Positions 35,028 through 44,412 of a DNA stretch of 64,000 nucleotides are shown piece after piece. Made by a program: the position numbers and the translations under genes. How positions within the stretch are numbered: position 1 is the stretch's first letter; each line of letters opens with the position of its first letter. This DNA comes from a virus, in the IMG/VR virus record IMGVR_UViG_3300010965_000002, positions 1 through 64,000 of that record; one strand, 5' to 3'. A model generated the notes under the pieces. It ran no database searches. It worked only from the letters and a program-made list of their open reading frames with translations, and was not told the origin of the DNA.

Positions 35028-35673
35028 GCTTGCTCCAGATAGTTGTGTAAGGGACGTTTTGTTCACCACCATCTTTACGACGGACGCGAACGTGGGTTTC
35101 GTAGATGCCTTTTACTTGCGCTTCCCAAGTGCGGTCAGCGTGTTCAAACGTGATGTCATCGAACATCGACAACGAACTAGGGTCAACGCCTAGCTTGATT
35201 GTGACTTCGGCAAAGACGCGATGTGCAAGGTCTTCCAGAACAGTCCAGAATACAGGTTGCTTGCCAATCGACAGCCAGCCTGTGATCTTGTTGTGATGCT
35301 CACACAGGTTACGACTCAGCCAGTATTCCATGTAGGTTGATTCGCGTGTGTCGTACAGGTCAGTACCGCTGCCATAGATGGCATCGAACAGATGATCTTC
35401 GGGCATGTCTGCTGGTGCGATAACCCAGAACGGTTTTTCCAACCGTGACTTGAAAGGCGTTTCACGTAGCACCAACTTACTTGCAGCACCTTGCTCACGT
35501 AACTGCTTCCATGCTTTTGCCAAGGCACCGAACTCAAACTCTGCGCTACCCATGTAGTCGAAAGACAAGATGCGATCAATGCCTTTCTTCATGGTTGCAT
35601 GTGCCGCCTGACGAACACCACACCGTTGAATGTTGTGCCAGTCTTTGTACTCAGGGAACCCTTTGTAGTTCAT
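34999..35673 (-). CDS. Hypothetical protein
   Basis: ORF containing phage-like FDYMGSAEFEFGAL motif. Confidence 0.75.
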   Translation of the reverse strand: MNYKGFPEYKDWHNIQRCGVRQAAHATMKKGIDRILSFDYMGSAEFEFGALAKAWKQLREQGAASKLVLRETPFKSRLEKPFWVIAPADMPEDHLFDAIYGSGTDLYDTRESTYMEYWLSRNLCEHHNKITGWLSIGKQPVFWTVLEDLAHRVFAEVTIKLGVDPSSLSMFDDITFEHADRTWEAQVKGIYETHVRVRRKDGGEQNVPYTTIWSKHVIPVAVEN

Positions 35674-35991
35674 TTACTTTACTCCTGTAATTCGTTTATA
35701 GCGTGCAATACGCTGTGCCACGCGACAACCTGAAATTTCAAATTTCGCGCCTATACTGTCATACGTCATACCAGACAAGTACGCTTCCAACATTGCCTTA
35801 TCTTTGACCAGGTGCTCACCCTGAGTACGTTGCAGCTTACGCTTTTCTGCAAGCGCCAACCGCTTCACACCTGAAGCTGCTTCAATACACGTCTGTGCTG
35901 CCTTTTGAGAAGTATGCACATGCTTTTGATTGTTACACAGCCAGCATTGTACAGACTTGGTCCCTAAGTAAGTGGACGTTAGTAACGCCAT
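35674..35991 (-). CDS. Hypothetical protein with C-terminal HTH
   Basis: GMTYDSIGAKFEISGCRVAQRI. Confidence 0.65.
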   Translation of the reverse strand: MALLTSTYLGTKSVQCWLCNNQKHVHTSQKAAQTCIEAASGVKRLALAEKRKLQRTQGEHLVKDKAMLEAYLSGMTYDSIGAKFEISGCRVAQRIARYKRITGVK

Positions 35992-35992
35992 A

Positions 35993-36349
35993 CTAACTCT
36001 CCTTAACGTCAACAGAACTACGCAACGCAATGATTGCGAACAGAATCCAGTCCCAGACAGAACTGTGTACGTCGAACACCAGGCTGATTACATCGGTTGC
36101 AGCCCACGCAAGCAAGATAGCAACTTGCCACCTTGGTTTGCATAGCCATAGCACCAACAGCCAGTTGACTGTTAGTCCCATGAACATTTGCATGGCATCA
36201 ACGGATTGCCAACACAACAAGCCCATGCTCCAATAAGCAAGGTTAGCATACACCAAACTCGCCTTTGGATAAACTGCTAACATGCAGCGCGGGAAGAAAC
36301 CAGTGGCAAACCAGAATGGATATAGACCCATCATAGTTAGCTGAAACAT
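35993..36349 (-). CDS. Membrane protein
   Basis: Hydrophobic ORF with TAATG coupling. Confidence 0.55.
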   Translation of the reverse strand: MFQLTMMGLYPFWFATGFFPRCMLAVYPKASLVYANLAYWSMGLLCWQSVDAMQMFMGLTVNWLLVLWLCKPRWQVAILLAWAATDVISLVFDVHSSVWDWILFAIIALRSSVDVKES

Positions 36350-36642
36350 TACCAGCTTACCTCCGTGTACGCATGGCTGCATGGATGACCAGGGTCAGGG
36401 TCTGGATGGTCAAACACTTTGTAGCCGTTGGCACGCAAACGGGTGGTGAGAGCCTCTTGTTCTTCGCGTGAAGCGTAGTCAAGGCGACTGCCTCCAATGT
36501 CGCTCCAAGGGTTGATAAGAGACTTGTGGCCTTTCTCTGCTTGAACACGAATACGTGCGCAGAGATTCTCCCACATGGTGTCGATCTTTTTGCTGTCAAC
36601 GAAGGACTCGCTGATCTTACGGGCGTCTGATGCTTTCATCAT
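36349..36642 (-). CDS. Hypothetical protein
   Basis: ORF. Confidence 0.7.
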   Translation of the reverse strand: MMKASDARKISESFVDSKKIDTMWENLCARIRVQAEKGHKSLINPWSDIGGSRLDYASREEQEALTTRLRANGYKVFDHPDPDPGHPCSHAYTEVSW

Positions 36643-37061
36643 TCACCTGCCGTTTCTTGTTCAGAGGTGAAGCGCAGTTCACACGGTGCGTTAGGGTTGC
36701 GGCCATTCTGACCACCGCCTTCGTTCGTGATCTTCGCCATTGCTTGCTCGACCTTGGTTTCGGCAACTTCACGGCTGTAGATTGCAACCACTGCCTTGCC
36801 ACTGGTGTGGGCTGCCATCATGATCTGCCGCGCACGCTCACCTTCCATAGCAAACACTTCACGCAGTACGTCAACCACGAACATGAATGAGGTGCTGTCA
36901 TCATTGTGCAGCAAGACTGCAAACATCGGAGGCTTGGCAGTCTTTTCGTCATTGACGGGTGCCAGTTCTGGAGGCCGCTCGATAACGGCAGTGCCGCCTG
37001 CATCACCATCTTGTTGCTCTGGTGTGTTGTTGCCGAAAATGCGTTTGAGGATGTCGCTCAT
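36639..37061 (-). CDS. clpS: ClpS N-end-rule adaptor
   Basis: PPMFAVLLHNDDST..FVV.VL..VF..A..IMM.AH..G.AVV..Y.REVAETKV. Confidence 0.92.
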   Translation of the reverse strand: MSDILKRIFGNNTPEQQDGDAGGTAVIERPPELAPVNDEKTAKPPMFAVLLHNDDSTSFMFVVDVLREVFAMEGERARQIMMAAHTSGKAVVAIYSREVAETKVEQAMAKITNEGGGQNGRNPNAPCELRFTSEQETAGE

Positions 37062-37074
37062 GATTTACTCCTGG

Positions 37075-37377
37075 TTAATTGAAAATGTTTCGCATGTCGC
37101 CTGCTTTATCGTCCATGACGAACCCTGCGGCGAGTAGGATTTCTTTGAATCGCGCTGCTGACTCAGCGGTGTAGGCAGCGCCGTGGTATTCTTCTTCAAA
37201 CTTACCACTATGGGTCTTAATCACTACTGACCCATCAACTTGGAACTGAAACAATGCCCAGAACTTCCATTCGTCATTGCTGCTGAACCATTCCACTTTG
37301 TCAGTGAGCGGGCCGCTTGGCACACGATCACCGAACAAAGGCCCTGACTTGATTGCTGTCCACTTGCTCATGGTCAT
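37075..37377 (-). CDS. Hypothetical protein
   Basis: ORF. Confidence 0.65.
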   Translation of the reverse strand: MTMSKWTAIKSGPLFGDRVPSGPLTDKVEWFSSNDEWKFWALFQFQVDGSVVIKTHSGKFEEEYHGAAYTAESAARFKEILLAAGFVMDDKAGDMRNIFN

Positions 37378-37853
37378 GCTTCGATGTGTGTCCAGAAGCC
37401 ACTTGCTTTGACTGGGCCAGACTTGGTACCTACTTTACCGCCGTAAGTAGTTTTGTTCTTGATGCTTACTGACTTGGGCGCTGCTTTAGCAATCAGTACC
37501 CAGCTTGTCTTGCGCATCGGGAACACCAACCGCACGGTTGCTTGACGTTCAATCTCAGAACTGTTCGGGTACAGCACGCCCCACATTTTGCCGTTCGTGC
37601 TGCGCAACACCAGGGCAACATGCTTATGAAAGACAAGTTGCATAACTCCATACACTTGCCAGCCCGTTGTCGTTGCCTTCTCAGCGATCTTCAACTGGCT
37701 TTCGCTCAGACGATTCACTTGAGGAATCCACTTCATCGTGGGCCGTGTCAAGTCGTCCAGCTTGGCGACCGCCTCACGTTTGTTGCTGTCTTCAATCCAC
37801 TTGAGACTCAGTGGGGATTTCAGAGAGTTGCGAAGGTCTGTGTAGAATGGCAT
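37374..37853 (-). CDS. Hypothetical protein
   Basis: AGGAG SD. Confidence 0.7.
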   Translation of the reverse strand: MPFYTDLRNSLKSPLSLKWIEDSNKREAVAKLDDLTRPTMKWIPQVNRLSESQLKIAEKATTTGWQVYGVMQLVFHKHVALVLRSTNGKMWGVLYPNSSEIERQATVRLVFPMRKTSWVLIAKAAPKSVSIKNKTTYGGKVGTKSGPVKASGFWTHIEA

Positions 37854-37880
37854 GGTAAGCTCCTTGTGGTTGCGGGTTGA

Positions 37881-38570
37881 TTACTTGGTTTTAACAGGTT
37901 TCGCTTGCAGCGAGAAACACTTTGCATCAGCATTCATTACGCCTGCTGGTTTCTCAGCAGAGAAGGTACGCTTGATCTTCTTGTTGAAGAACCAGGAACC
38001 ATCGAACCGAGGCCAGTGCTCTTGCTTCGTTGTCGTACCGTCTTCAAACAGTACGATATGCTTGTTACCTTCACGTATGTACAGGGCGGTAGCTCCAGTA
38101 TCTTTGCGACGCACAGACATCAAGATTTTTCCATATTTCTTGACCTCAGTCAAGAGGACGTCTTCAATGTATGCACGCTGGGCGTTTGTCAAAACGATTT
38201 CGTGTGTGAAGTCCAAGCTGGACAGGACTCGGCAATACTGATTCATCTGCATCACGGCGCTGCGACCGTAAGGTACAAGACGTTCTTTATTGACACTGAC
38301 GTGTTTCACAACACGGTCGCCTGAGGCGTCATATTTCGCAGTACGTTTTACTACTTTCACAGGGCCAACTACTGAGGCTTCAACAGTTACTGAGGTCTCA
38401 CGAACTGCGTGAGTTTCCAACTGCTCAGTATGAGTCTTGTAACCTTTTTCCATACGCGCTTGTGCTGCACGTTGACCCCAACCGCACCAATCTGCCTTTT
38501 CTTTAGCGGCTGCGGCCTTCGCTTCTGGAAGCTGCTGGACTGCGCGGAGGATTGTTTCCCAAGTTTTCAT
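37881..38570 (-). CDS. Hypothetical protein
   Basis: First gene after promoter. Confidence 0.7.
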   Translation of the reverse strand: MKTWETILRAVQQLPEAKAAAAKEKADWCGWGQRAAQARMEKGYKTHTEQLETHAVRETSVTVEASVVGPVKVVKRTAKYDASGDRVVKHVSVNKERLVPYGRSAVMQMNQYCRVLSSLDFTHEIVLTNAQRAYIEDVLLTEVKKYGKILMSVRRKDTGATALYIREGNKHIVLFEDGTTTKQEHWPRFDGSWFFNKKIKRTFSAEKPAGVMNADAKCFSLQAKPVKTK

Positions 38571-38646
38571 GATTTGCCTTTCAGAGGGTAGCCGCCGAAG
38601 CTGCTACTGGTGGATTTTGAATTTTCGGCATTATTGCCATAATTCT

Positions 38647-38760
38647 ATTGTACCACACTTTTTTCACTCTGTAAACCATAAAACCAAGAAAAATGGCTTA
38701 TTTTTAGCGTTTTTGACCGGAAAACCACTAAAAACAGCCATTTTTACGTCATTTTCACGA
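38647..38760 (-). promoter_or_regulatory. sigma70 promoter with upstream phased A-tracts
   Basis: TTTACA (38670-75)-17 bp-TACAAT (38647-52). Confidence 0.85.
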
Positions 38761-39762
38761 CTTTTCTGCGCCCCATCCAGCTTCAAACAGACCACGTACA
38801 AAGCCCTCCAAAACACCAATATCCTGCACTGCAATATCGAAGTTAGGCCGTGCTTTAGCCATTGCCATGAACTCACCCAAGGGCTTGCCACTGAGCCCTG
38901 TCCACAGCTTGACGTTATCGCCATTCCAGCGAGTCTTCGTATCAAGGTGCTTGGCATGAACCGCCACCTGTACGTCTATGCGTTCTGCAAACGCAGGCCA
39001 GCGTTCGCGTGCTCTGGCAAGATGTTGTACCTTTTCGTCGTCACGCATATCGGCATCGGTATGCCAAGGGTACTGATTCAGACCTGTAGTGTGTTCACAC
39101 CATTTCAGAAAGTCAGTGTATGTCTTGCGCTTGGCATCCCGGATACGACTGACTGCATTGCGATTGTGCAGCAAGTAAATGTCAGGGTTGAAATACTGCG
39201 ACGAGGCCGTGAACTGGAAGATTTCTTCCAGCGTTGCAAAGCCTTGTTGCCACAGCGCATAGTCGTAGCCAAGGAAGTCAAATACGTCGGCAACGTCCTC
39301 GGTTGTGTCGATGGTTGCGTAGGTGTGGTCGCCATCACGTAGGACGCGCTGGAAGCCTAGATGACCGTACTTGAAGCCCATTTTGTGAGCTACACGACCC
39401 ATCAAGTTTCCAAGATCGTTGAAAGCAAAGTACACGTAGGCAAAGTCACGCGCTTTACGAGGTACGCTGATAAAGTCGAACTGCACGTTCTCTATTTCCA
39501 TAGAGGTCACGTCACCGTTGACCAACCAGCCTCTGCTAGCTGATGCAGCGGCCAAACCTTCACGCCAAAGCTCAGGCAACTCGGCTGACGTAACGATCAT
39601 GTCACAATCACCGAAGTCAGGCTTCTGTGCGTATGACGGCACGATGTCAGGACGTTGGCCGAACAACGTAGTGAAACGTTGCTGCACCCGTGCTGACAGT
39701 TCTTGATAGCGTTCAGCAGGTACACGCTGTACGTCAAGATGCTTTAGAGCTAGTCCGCCCAT
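38755..39762 (-). CDS. Pol-beta-superfamily nucleotidyltransferase-like protein
   Basis: SY..KPDFGDCDMIV and later VQFDFI acidic residue. Confidence 0.7.
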   Translation of the reverse strand: MGGLALKHLDVQRVPAERYQELSARVQQRFTTLFGQRPDIVPSYAQKPDFGDCDMIVTSAELPELWREGLAAASASRGWLVNGDVTSMEIENVQFDFISVPRKARDFAYVYFAFNDLGNLMGRVAHKMGFKYGHLGFQRVLRDGDHTYATIDTTEDVADVFDFLGYDYALWQQGFATLEEIFQFTASSQYFNPDIYLLHNRNAVSRIRDAKRKTYTDFLKWCEHTTGLNQYPWHTDADMRDDEKVQHLARARERWPAFAERIDVQVAVHAKHLDTKTRWNGDNVKLWTGLSGKPLGEFMAMAKARPNFDIAVQDIGVLEGFVRGLFEAGWGAEKS

Positions 39763-40084
39763 TGCTTTCTCCTAGAGTGTGATGCGCGACAAAATCAGTA
39801 GGCCACGCAAACACTGTTTCTTTGTCTTTCTCCAACACAAGGGCTGGAGGTCTTGGAACCTTGCAAGTGTTGCGACGATATATCGCCATGCCTGCACACT
39901 GCTGATTCTTTATTGCATGGCAAGGATACGGAAAATCCGTCCGAGCAATTGCAACAAACTCCTCTGCCGTGTGTCCACCAAGCCAACCCTTTAGACTGTC
40001 ACGACGCCAAGGACAATCACTGCAGGGCGTTGTATGTTGGCACTCTGATACGACTGCTTCATCCTTGCTTATGAGTTTTGACAT
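39734..40084 (-). CDS. Cys-rich hypothetical protein
   Basis: PCSDCPWR..CH..CAG. Confidence 0.7.
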   Translation of the reverse strand: MSKLISKDEAVVSECQHTTPCSDCPWRRDSLKGWLGGHTAEEFVAIARTDFPYPCHAIKNQQCAGMAIYRRNTCKVPRPPALVLEKDKETVFAWPTDFVAHHTLGESNGRTSSKAS

Positions 40085-40502
40085 CTTTGTCTCCTTTGGA
40101 CAGATTAGCGAAAGCAAAGCCTATGGCGTCAAACAAGTCGTGCGACATATTGAAGACCTTTGGCTGGCTGACGACTTGGAACTTCGTATCCTTATTGGAG
40201 CGTTTGTCCCAACGCTTCTGCACTTTCTTGTGATAGGCCTCAGTCTGATTACGGCGACGCTTATGCTGACGCACTGTAATCTCTACGGCATTTACAGGTA
40301 CACGCTTTTTGAGCATGGTCATCTTCAACGTGTGCCCATCATCGAAGTCACCGTGTTGAATCAATGGCATCTTCATCAAGGCGTCAAGACGTTCTTTGGC
40401 AAAGAAGGACGTACCAGAGCCACGGCTGCCACCTAGGATAACAAGTTCGCCTTTACGAAAGCCACCATTGAAGTCCAACTTTGTTAGATAGTCTGCAACC
40501 AT
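40059..40502 (-). CDS. Hypothetical protein with DnaB-like N-terminal P-loop remnant
   Basis: GGFRKGELVILGGSRGSGTSFFA. Confidence 0.55.
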   Translation of the reverse strand: MVADYLTKLDFNGGFRKGELVILGGSRGSGTSFFAKERLDALMKMPLIQHGDFDDGHTLKMTMLKKRVPVNAVEITVRQHKRRRNQTEAYHKKVQKRWDKRSNKDTKFQVVSQPKVFNMSHDLFDAIGFAFANLSKGDKDVKTHKQG

Positions 40503-40503
40503 G

Positions 40504-40728
40504 TTAACTGTCCTCCATAACGATCAGCTTGTTGGGAATGTCACCATTGGTGAGTTTGTTACGCAGGATGCGCAGGTCTGTCTTGGCTGTCGCCAGATTC
40601 TTGCGGCCATTAGGCGAACAATCGGCAAACACGCTCTCACCTTCAAAGCGTTCATCTTCTACGGGCACAGATGAAATGTACAAACGGTTAACGCCGTTGT
40701 CCTCAAGCACACCAATATAGATCGGCAT
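40504..40728 (-). CDS. Hypothetical protein
   Basis: ORF. Confidence 0.65.
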   Translation of the reverse strand: MPIYIGVLEDNGVNRLYISSVPVEDERFEGESVFADCSPNGRKNLATAKTDLRILRNKLTNGDIPNKLIVMEDS

Positions 40729-40729
40729 A

Positions 40730-41371
40730 TCAAGCCTTTGGAAGTGTTACGCCCGTTTGGCCTTGGTATTTTCCACCACGGTCACGATAACTGGTTTCAC
40801 AAACGTCATCACGATCAGCCTGCAAGAACAACAGTTGTGCACAGCCTTCGTTGGCATAGATACGCGCAGGCAGCGGCGTGGTGTTGGAGAACTCCAGTGT
40901 GATGTGTCCTTCCCACTCTGGTTCCAGAGGTGTCACGTTGACGATGATGCCACAACGTGCATACGTGCTCTTGCCCAAGCAGATAACCAGAATGTCACGC
41001 GGGATGCGGAAGAACTCAACCGACCGTGCCAGAGCAAAGCTGTTAGGTGGAATCACGCAGGAATCACCCGTCATGTCAACAAAGCTCTTGTCGTCAAAAT
41101 TCTTCGGGTCAACCACAGTGCTGTGAATGTTGGTGAACACCTTGAATTCTGGTGCGCAACGAATATCGTAGCCATAGCTTGAGGTGCCGTAGCTAATGAT
41201 CTTGGTGAACCGGACGTTGACTTCATCAAGGTCTGTGTGCTCACCGTAATGCTGAGGGTGGCTGGACTCTCGAACTTGACGAGGCTCAAAGCCTTCGATC
41301 ATTGGTTTGCGCCCATCCAAGGTGAATCGGCACTGTTCTCGAATCCAGTTATCGCTTTTGATTCCACTCAT
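40730..41371 (-). CDS. dcd: dCTP deaminase
   Basis: [39 protein letters not shown]. Confidence 0.95.
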   Translation of the reverse strand: MSGIKSDNWIREQCRFTLDGRKPMIEGFEPRQVRESSHPQHYGEHTDLDEVNVRFTKIISYGTSSYGYDIRCAPEFKVFTNIHSTVVDPKNFDDKSFVDMTGDSCVIPPNSFALARSVEFFRIPRDILVICLGKSTYARCGIIVNVTPLEPEWEGHITLEFSNTTPLPARIYANEGCAQLLFLQADRDDVCETSYRDRGGKYQGQTGVTLPKA

Positions 41372-41865
41372 GATTTTTTACTCTTTTCATAGTTAGCCCA
41401 AAATACAAGGGCAGCGTTGATACTCTTTGGCTTCTTAGGCCAGCGGCGCAACAGTGACGCACGCAAAGCCTTCACTGTTTGAATGTTGTGCTCTCGGGCT
41501 GTGTTTACGGCACAACGCAGGATGTCAAATTGCAGAGGCGTTAGCTCTGGTAGTTTCTTAGGCATATGCAAATCGTCCAATATCTCCAAGGCTTCTTCGC
41601 CCCACAAGCTCGGTTTGATAGTCACCTCAGTAGACCAACAATCACGACTGTCGATAAAGATGAAACCTTGGTTGTATAGCTTTTCAGCAACTGGGCTAGC
41701 CTTGGTACGCTTGATGCACTGGTGTTCAACAGCCTCAGCTAATAACCGAATGCAGTGACCGCCAAGGCTGTGCAAGTCGTTCGCCGCCTGCCAGCGTTCT
41801 ATGTCTGTTTCAAACCAGCTATGTGGCCTGCTTGGCCGCGCAGCAACTTCGCTTTGTCTTCGCAT
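41368..41865 (-). CDS. Hypothetical protein
   Basis: ORF. Confidence 0.6.
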   Translation of the reverse strand: MRRQSEVAARPSRPHSWFETDIERWQAANDLHSLGGHCIRLLAEAVEHQCIKRTKASPVAEKLYNQGFIFIDSRDCWSTEVTIKPSLWGEEALEILDDLHMPKKLPELTPLQFDILRCAVNTAREHNIQTVKALRASLLRRWPKKPKSINAALVFWANYEKSKKS

Positions 41866-42236
41866 AACTTGGCCTCTTTACGTTCGTGCTCAGTAGGTCG
41901 GCTGCGACTGTTTATCAGTCGGGCATACGTCTGTTCAAAGTCTTGTGCAGTACCAGTCAGGTACGCGACTGCCGCTGCAAGCCCAGCATTGAAGGCGTGT
42001 TCACCGATCTTGTCTGCAAGCTCACGCAGATTGAAGTCTTCATCGGTTGATGATACCTCAGCCATCCAGGCGTCCAACTGTTTCTTTGTTGGCTTGGTAC
42101 TAACAGGACGACTGTTAAGCTGTGCAATCGTTGACGCGGCCAATGCCATAGACATATGGGACTTGAAACCACCGCCTCGGTTAGGCACCGGAATGTGTCC
42201 GATAGTACCCACCATGATTTTGTTGCGTTCGGTCAT
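41799..42236 (-). CDS. Hypothetical protein
   Basis: AGGAG SD. Confidence 0.65.
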   Translation of the reverse strand: MTERNKIMVGTIGHIPVPNRGGGFKSHMSMALAASTIAQLNSRPVSTKPTKKQLDAWMAEVSSTDEDFNLRELADKIGEHAFNAGLAAAVAYLTGTAQDFEQTYARLINSRSRPTEHERKEAKLCEDKAKLLRGQAGHIAGLKQT

Positions 42237-42391
42237 GCCAGTAACTCCTTGACTGCGGCCAGGATTGCTGTGCGCAGATTCTTGATTGTACCCAAACGGG
42301 TAATTTCAGCGTGTTTGTAGAAAGCGTCTTCGGCCTTCTTCCAACGGGCTGCGGTGATTGTTCGGACGATGGTGAGAACGCTGTCGCTCAT
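42233..42391 (-). CDS. 52-aa small protein (MSDSVLTIVR...)
   Basis: ATGA-coupled at both ends; not in the ORF track. Confidence 0.6.
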   Translation of the reverse strand: MSDSVLTIVRTITAARWKKAEDAFYKHAEITRLGTIKNLRTAILAAVKELLA

Positions 42392-42915
42392 ACTGTCTTT
42401 CGGGTGCGGTTACGCCGCGTAGGTTGTTTTGCTACTACTGGTGGGCGTATCCAGTACATCTTTTCACCCTCTTCACCAAACGTTCCGACTTGACGCTGTG
42501 TACGCAATCCTTCCAGATCACGCATGTAGTTGCGGCTTAAACCCACGTACCAACCATGTGAATGAGAGGCACGTGCTTTGTGCAGTACATCAGTTGCCCA
42601 GCCACCGTGGTCAGGACGACAGATGATAGGCCACCGTGTTGGACTCCACTCCAGTTGGGTAGCATCCAATTTTTCAACCAGCGGTGACTGACCTCGGCGG
42701 CTAGCCAAGTCCACGCCACGCAAGCGCAGACCTCGTCGAGCGGCTTCTTCCAACACGTAGCCTGTACCGCTACCGCATTCAATCAGTTCGACCTTCTGGT
42801 GATGTACGCCAATGAAATGCCAGAAGGCATCTGTCGGCGTGAAGAAACGCTGGGCTGGCAATTCCGTCTGCATCAAAGCAAGGCGGCGCATAGTTTGCAA
42901 TTGATCTACTACCAC
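42388..42915 (-). CDS. Class I SAM-dependent methyltransferase-like protein
   Basis: LIECGSGTG motif I, GVD, LDA; start codon uncertain. Confidence 0.6.
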   Translation of the reverse strand: MVVDQLQTMRRLALMQTELPAQRFFTPTDAFWHFIGVHHQKVELIECGSGTGYVLEEAARRGLRLRGVDLASRRGQSPLVEKLDATQLEWSPTRWPIICRPDHGGWATDVLHKARASHSHGWYVGLSRNYMRDLEGLRTQRQVGTFGEEGEKMYWIRPPVVAKQPTRRNRTRKTV

Positions 42916-43439
42916 TGAGTTCTCCGTTCGTCGGCCACCAAGCCTGCCATGCTGAGGCACCGCTTGACGGTCGTATCGCAATAGTCCGTTGCAACCTCTG
43001 AGGTCTGTTTTAGACCCATAATCTTGAACACAATATGCAACGCAATCATCTGTTCAGGAGTAGCGGCTGCTTTTGGCAAATCAACCGATGGTGGGCCAAG
43101 CAATCGTGCAGGACACACACGAATGACATTTAGCTTCCCGTGAACGTGGTGCTCAAACTTTTGGAATTGAAACACGTTCAATTCATCTGGGTCATCTGGC
43201 AGTTCCAGCACAGTACCAGTACCAGGCACAGGCTTGTTATCGTCATCAGTCTCCATGTCAAGACGGAATTCAGCAAGCAACTGCGGATACAGGATTGCCA
43301 GCACAGCCCCGTGCCACCACTGACGAATCAACGTGTACACAGTACCGTCCTCAGCAATGATGTAGCCGTGTGGACTGTACATTGGCTCCACTGGAAACTT
43401 GGTAACCTCAGCGGCGCGTTCAATAGTGATTGCCATCAT
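42909..43439 (-). CDS. Hypothetical protein
   Basis: ORF. Confidence 0.7.
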   Translation of the reverse strand: MMAITIERAAEVTKFPVEPMYSPHGYIIAEDGTVYTLIRQWWHGAVLAILYPQLLAEFRLDMETDDDNKPVPGTGTVLELPDDPDELNVFQFQKFEHHVHGKLNVIRVCPARLLGPPSVDLPKAAATPEQMIALHIVFKIMGLKQTSEVATDYCDTTVKRCLSMAGLVADERRTQW

Positions 43440-44071
43440 TTAGCTCCGTAGGTCTTTGCAAATCGCACGATGTTGTCCTTCGCATTCAATTCGTACAGGA
43501 AACGTCCACGATTGGTATGGAACAGATACGGGCGACGTGCAGCAAACCCCGTCAACCAAGCACTTGACGTTGCCAAACCTTCTGCTGTAGGCGGCATACC
43601 AGTTTGTTCTCGGATGATGTTCTTTTGGTTCTGCACAAAGGTGCGGTACACAGCACCCATACTTGAAATGTCGGCATCAAGCAATGTGGCAATAGCACCT
43701 TTAACCAAGCTACGGGACTGGTGCATGTCCATAGACGTAAGACGAACCAGTGTATCAGCCTCTTGCACAAGGGCGATTTGCTTGGGCGTCAGCGCCAAAT
43801 TGCGTGCAGCCAATTTCAAGGCCGCTGCACTTGCATCTTCATTGACGTTAATGGCTGCGCCTGGAATGTACACCGCGTCATGCCAACGTGCGGCCAGCAT
43901 AAGTGCAGGGCTAGCTCCACCCATTGCAAACAATGCCGTTGCAACTTCGTTTGCGTGTGACAGAGTGTGGTAGTGGCGCTTAGGCATACGATACCAAACT
44001 GCGGCTGCGTCCCACAGCGTTTCCAAACCGTCTTGAGCCAACCACGCGCGGGCTGGATGATCGTGAAGCAT
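43436..44071 (-). CDS. HD-superfamily phosphohydrolase
   Basis: RHYHTLSH, WHDAVY..NEDASA, LLDADI. Confidence 0.85.
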   Translation of the reverse strand: MLHDHPARAWLAQDGLETLWDAAAVWYRMPKRHYHTLSHANEVATALFAMGGASPALMLAARWHDAVYIPGAAINVNEDASAAALKLAARNLALTPKQIALVQEADTLVRLTSMDMHQSRSLVKGAIATLLDADISSMGAVYRTFVQNQKNIIREQTGMPPTAEGLATSSAWLTGFAARRPYLFHTNRGRFLYELNAKDNIVRFAKTYGAK

Positions 44072-44073
44072 GT

Positions 44074-44412
44074 CTATCTCCTCATTGCGGCTACGTCTTT
44101 TGCAGCCTCTGTGTTAAAAATCGGGACGATGTTGGACTTATGCATTGTAGCCAAGCCAACGATTTCGGTGCCTGTGTAAACGTTCACAGGTACTGGAGCC
44201 GTACTACCACCAGGTGTGGAGAACGACTTTATTACGCGCTGTGCTTCGGGCGTATGTAGTTTAAGAGTTTGTATTTGAGGCTCAGACTGTGTAATGCGAC
44301 CTGTCGGTGATGGCGTGCGTGCAAACTTTGGTACGTTAGCCCATCGGTCTTGCACGGCAGCCCAATCAGCCGCCAGATCACGTTGCGCCTTGGTTGGTTT
44401 ACGCTTTTTCAT
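44074..44412 (-). CDS. Conserved phage-type hypothetical protein
   Basis: VYTGT.IVG.ATMHKSNIVPIF motif. Confidence 0.75.
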   Translation of the reverse strand: MKKRKPTKAQRDLAADWAAVQDRWANVPKFARTPSPTGRITQSEPQIQTLKLHTPEAQRVIKSFSTPGGSTAPVPVNVYTGTEIVGLATMHKSNIVPIFNTEAAKDVAAMRR

